Shown: positions 60,175 to 64,000 of the stretch, one piece after another | Numbering within the stretch: position 1 is the first letter of the stretch | Layout of the letters: the number at the start of each line of letters is the position of its first letter | Assembly: GCF_964204645.1 (NCBI RefSeq) | Contig: NC_134029.1 | Coordinates: forward strand, 16,548,950-16,612,949 | Direction of reading: 5' to 3' | Source: Tubulanus polymorphus | Taxonomy: Eukaryota; Animalia; Nemertea | Length of the DNA stretch: 64,000 nucleotides | The notes under the pieces: generated by a model | What the model was told of the DNA's origin: nothing | Seen by the model: only the letters and a program-made list of their open reading frames with translations | Databases searched by the model: none | Program-made: the position numbers and the translations under genes

Positions 60175-62808
60175 CAACAAGAGGCCCATTGGCCTTGAAG
60201 CATTGGTAGACTATACTCTGGTAAGGAATTAAGTGGTTAATGCTTTACATCTGCCGCAAATGTTCTATGACGATGTTGATAGGGAAGACCACAGACTTAA
60301 GGTTTTTAATCACAATTTTTATTTGATATCATTTTTCTGCCAAAAGATTTAGCCTCGTTATTTGTATTGTTAAACCTCATTAATGCGATTCTGTTTAAGA
60401 CGAAACTAGTTTATTCTGATGTTTTCCATCATGTCCCAGCCAAGATATTTATATCAATCAAAGATTTGGATACAAAAACCAATAATTCCAGCACCTTTGC
60501 CTACAAGATTCCTAGTCATCGACGTATGCCTATAACTGCAAGGTTAATCTCGACTGACTGGTTTTTCTTGCATGAACTGTTAGGCCCTATTGCTGAATAA
60601 TGAAAACAAAAACAGAAAGATTTTTTTGAATGCAAAATCCTCTTATGCATAATACGTAGATCAACCTGACGAATGTACGCATGCAAAATGTCGCACAGAG
60701 CGATGCCAGCATTGGTGTCACTGAGTGAGGCTGGCTGATGATTGTTTGTTTGTCTTTTGTTTACGTCGTTTGAATCTTGGTTTCCGAAACCAAGAATAAC
60801 CTTATTGGATTGTTCATTTAACCTCACGAGGGGATGGCCTTTGAAGTGTTGCCCGCACACTGTAAGCAGTCAGCAGGACTCAAACCCACTTGTCACTCAG
60901 CACTGATAGCATAACATTAGCATAACGCCTTATCTCACTGAGCTACCGAGGCCGCTCGATTCAATTCCAAAAAACTACAGCAGCACAAATAACCATCGCG
61001 ATATTGCAATTTATGACAAACGTGTAAATTCAATCACTGTTGTGGTGTTCAATGCATGGAAATGATAATGAAAGTTATTTTTCCCGGCGCGCATTACAAA
61101 GCAAATCGCTCTGCTGAGTGCGTAAGGGGCTGCTACCGCCTCGTGAGTGCGCAGGAGGCAGGCAGGGCATCTTAAAGTGAAAACTTATCTTAGAATATAA
61201 CCAACCGATGAAATTTTACAATAAACTATCAGTGTACTGATTGATGGATTAATGATACAACATGGTTGCTCTCAGCGTACTTAACAATGATATTTTCCTC
61301 TAATAAGCAACTCTGGTAAAATTGAATAGAATAATCTATCTTTATTGGTGATATCTAATTATGGTTGGGGGGTACCGTTAATTGTTTGATGTTTCATGTC
61401 ATCGTGAAATGGCTTTAACTTTAGTAAAGGCGTTCATGCGCGATCACAAAACTTACCTATACGGGTTTCAGTCATGAGTAGGCCTACCGTTGCACTGCTA
61501 CAGAAATAAGTATTCTGCTGCTGAGAATTAATCCCAATTAATCTCATTGCTTCTAATAGGAGGAATAACAGTAAGCTTTAAACACAATGATATTCATATA
61601 CTGGTACATAGATTTATGTTTTTCTATTCAAAAGTGGCCATTCCCAATTCTTTACTGCCAATGTCAATGCGGACATATCACTACGCGATTGCTTAATCCC
61701 CTCTCATCTACCACATAACCAATGAGAAAAATGCGATAGAAAAACCGTTTGGACCATTAAATCAGAAATCTGGCGGCACTGTCTTGTAGGGAATAATTGA
61801 TACATTATTTTGAGTCATTTTTTTTGACACATTATTTTGAGATATTATTTTTCAGCTGTTTCTAATGTTTTACGTGAGTTTCAATTTGAAGTTACTATGA
61901 CTAGAGGACCAAAGGACTTTTTAATAATAATTGGACCCATAACTACTATTTCGTAAAATTCATCCGAATGTTCATACGCACGTTTTATTCACCAAAATAA
62001 GCACTGGTGCACCAAAAATCAATTTTGGAATGCAAAATATTTTCTAAATATTATTTCTATTTTTATACAATATAGATTTAGAATGCAAGTTTGGCAAGGA
62101 AAATCTGTTACTAAACAGTCTATCAGCAGGTGCGCATAGCTCTAATTGGTTGTTGCGATGCATAGGGAACCCCGCTAATGCGGAATCTCCACACGCTGAT
62201 TGTTGCTACGCAATACTTCTCCGGAAAATGAATAAAAGCACACCACACTGACATACAACTCTGCGATCGGTCTAACTGTAAAAATTTAAGGCTTTCAAGA
62301 CCATTGTCTGCCAACTTTTCAAATTTAAAGACCCCCACTGACTTTCCCAGCTTAAAACAAGAAATTTAAGACCGCTAAGGTACCGACCCTTGGTGCAAGG
62401 TGCCCGTTCAACCTAAGTGATGTAGTCATGCGCATATTAATTCACCTTGTAAAATAAATTTATCCGAACGAAATACTGATAAAATATTATTCAAAAATCT
62501 TCTTGATATTACTATCACCATTCAACCCAATATAATGTGAAATATATTTGAATACAAAGTTGCCAGATCTATTTTTTGCAGCGTGTTTAACCCAATTAAT
62601 CGGATCTTTCGTTAATTCAGTGACTGTAAAAATGGTGTGCTTTGGTTCGCGGTAAACATACACGACACAATGCCGACACGCTTGTAATAGCTGTCTCATT
62701 CATCGAGAGACAAAAATGAGAAACTCAGCGTTTCTCTTTTCGTCTATGACTTTCCATCCATTTTACTAGCATTGGTACGATGTCATAGACATCAACCAAT
62801 GCTCAAAA
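60175..62808 (-). mobile_element. HINE-like family B copy with an empty BEL site
   Basis: Reverse complement of 21490-23125 + 28479-28702, with its own internal insertions (e.g. ~61900-62700). Confidence 0.7.
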
Positions 62809-63239
62809 CTGATGACCATGAATCTTACCATAATAATAGACAATGTCCTTCGCAATTTATTCTGGTAATAAAATATGCATGGGTAACAATATTAATGGAA
62901 CAAACGTTACATCCATAAACTTTGAAGCTTCCTCAAGAAAATTGTCCCATAAAAGTTCTGTACGAAACATCAAGAAAATTGATTAGTGTCTTCCAAAATT
63001 TCCTTTGAAAACTTCAACAAGCAACCTGTCAGATTGAAACATCATTTAAAATTCCCTTGAACACTTCAAAATGTGTCAAATGTGCCGATTTTGGCAAACA
63101 AATGTCGGCCATCTTTATTCTGACTGGGCCAGTTTTTGGGGCTGCAGATGTATCTAGGGTAGATGCATGTAATATATAAACCAAATATCAAGATAGTCTA
63201 TTGAAGCATCTACATACAAGCCTGTAAATAATTTTTTTG

Positions 63240-63368
63240 CCAGTGCCTGCCACATGTCAGGCACCAACTATAATGCTGCCTGACATTAATGAGTTGGTGC
63301 CTGCCATTTACATGGCAGGCACCAACTGTATGGTGCCTGACATAAATGATTTTGGTGCCTGCCATTTA
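63240..63368. repeat. Mixed direct/inverted array of GGTGCCTG(A/C)CAT units
   Basis: About 7 copies in both orientations, including TTGGTGCCTGCCAT ttac ATGGCAGGCACCAA. Confidence 0.6.
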
Positions 63369-64000
63369 GCAAAGTACTACTGTTTTATAGAGAATTTCCT
63401 AATTACTAACATTAAAAACATATGAAGAATTGCACACAACCTTTATTAATATTGGAACTTCAACATTAAAATTTACTTTCACAATACCATAAAATCTCTA
63501 ACAGCAATCAGGATGAACCTTACCAACTATACCATAAAATCAATCTCTAATAACAGCAAACGAAACCGGAACCAACAACAGGCGATAGAATACATACAGA
63601 TTTTTACCCAAAATATCGTGATCGGCTAATTGGGCGGATACGATCTGACATAAAAAATCACTTCCTGATCTATGCCACTTTATTGCTCTCAATGATCGTC
63701 AAAATCAAGAAAAGTGGTCGATATTTATTTGAGGTCATTATTTACTACCAATTATAATCTATTTCGAACTATTTTATTTTTACTTTGATTGTTTCATCAC
63801 GGCACAGCGGCAATGGTATACATTTATATAGCGCGAGTTCGTCGTACTACCACGTGTCAGTTCATACATTAGTATATATGCAAATCAGCAGTGAGCCGCA
63901 TACTGCGTGTATGGCTGTGCTAATCAGCTGAGTGAGTCTATATATAGCACAGTCACTCGGCGATGATTGTATACACAACACTCTCACACATCGGTGGGCG

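Overview
AT-rich eukaryotic (invertebrate-like) genomic DNA, heavily loaded with transposons. It holds the 3' parts of two convergent, intron-rich host genes. One is a phosphorylase kinase alpha regulatory subunit (PHKA-like, + strand, exons 14017-46198, ending in the CAAX box CVIS). The other is an ankyrin-repeat DHHC palmitoyltransferase (- strand, exons 59956-54681). The introns and flanks contain a bounded GalEa-type Ty1/copia element (7081-13535), a young BEL/Pao element (23126-28473), an older BEL remnant, an internally deleted DIRS element, a Gypsy remnant, several Helentron-associated (HINE/DINE-1-like) families, tRNA-derived SINEs and MITEs. Most notable: (1) the BEL element's single 1475-aa ORF is open but lacks the whole RT domain; (2) a 165-bp TSD-flanked insertion carries a Penelope-type hammerhead ribozyme core; (3) a 36-bp TIR/TSD micro-element sits in one copia LTR; (4) a multi-layer nest can be dissected using uninterrupted sister copies in the window. 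All family assignments come from motif recognition by eye; no database search was run.
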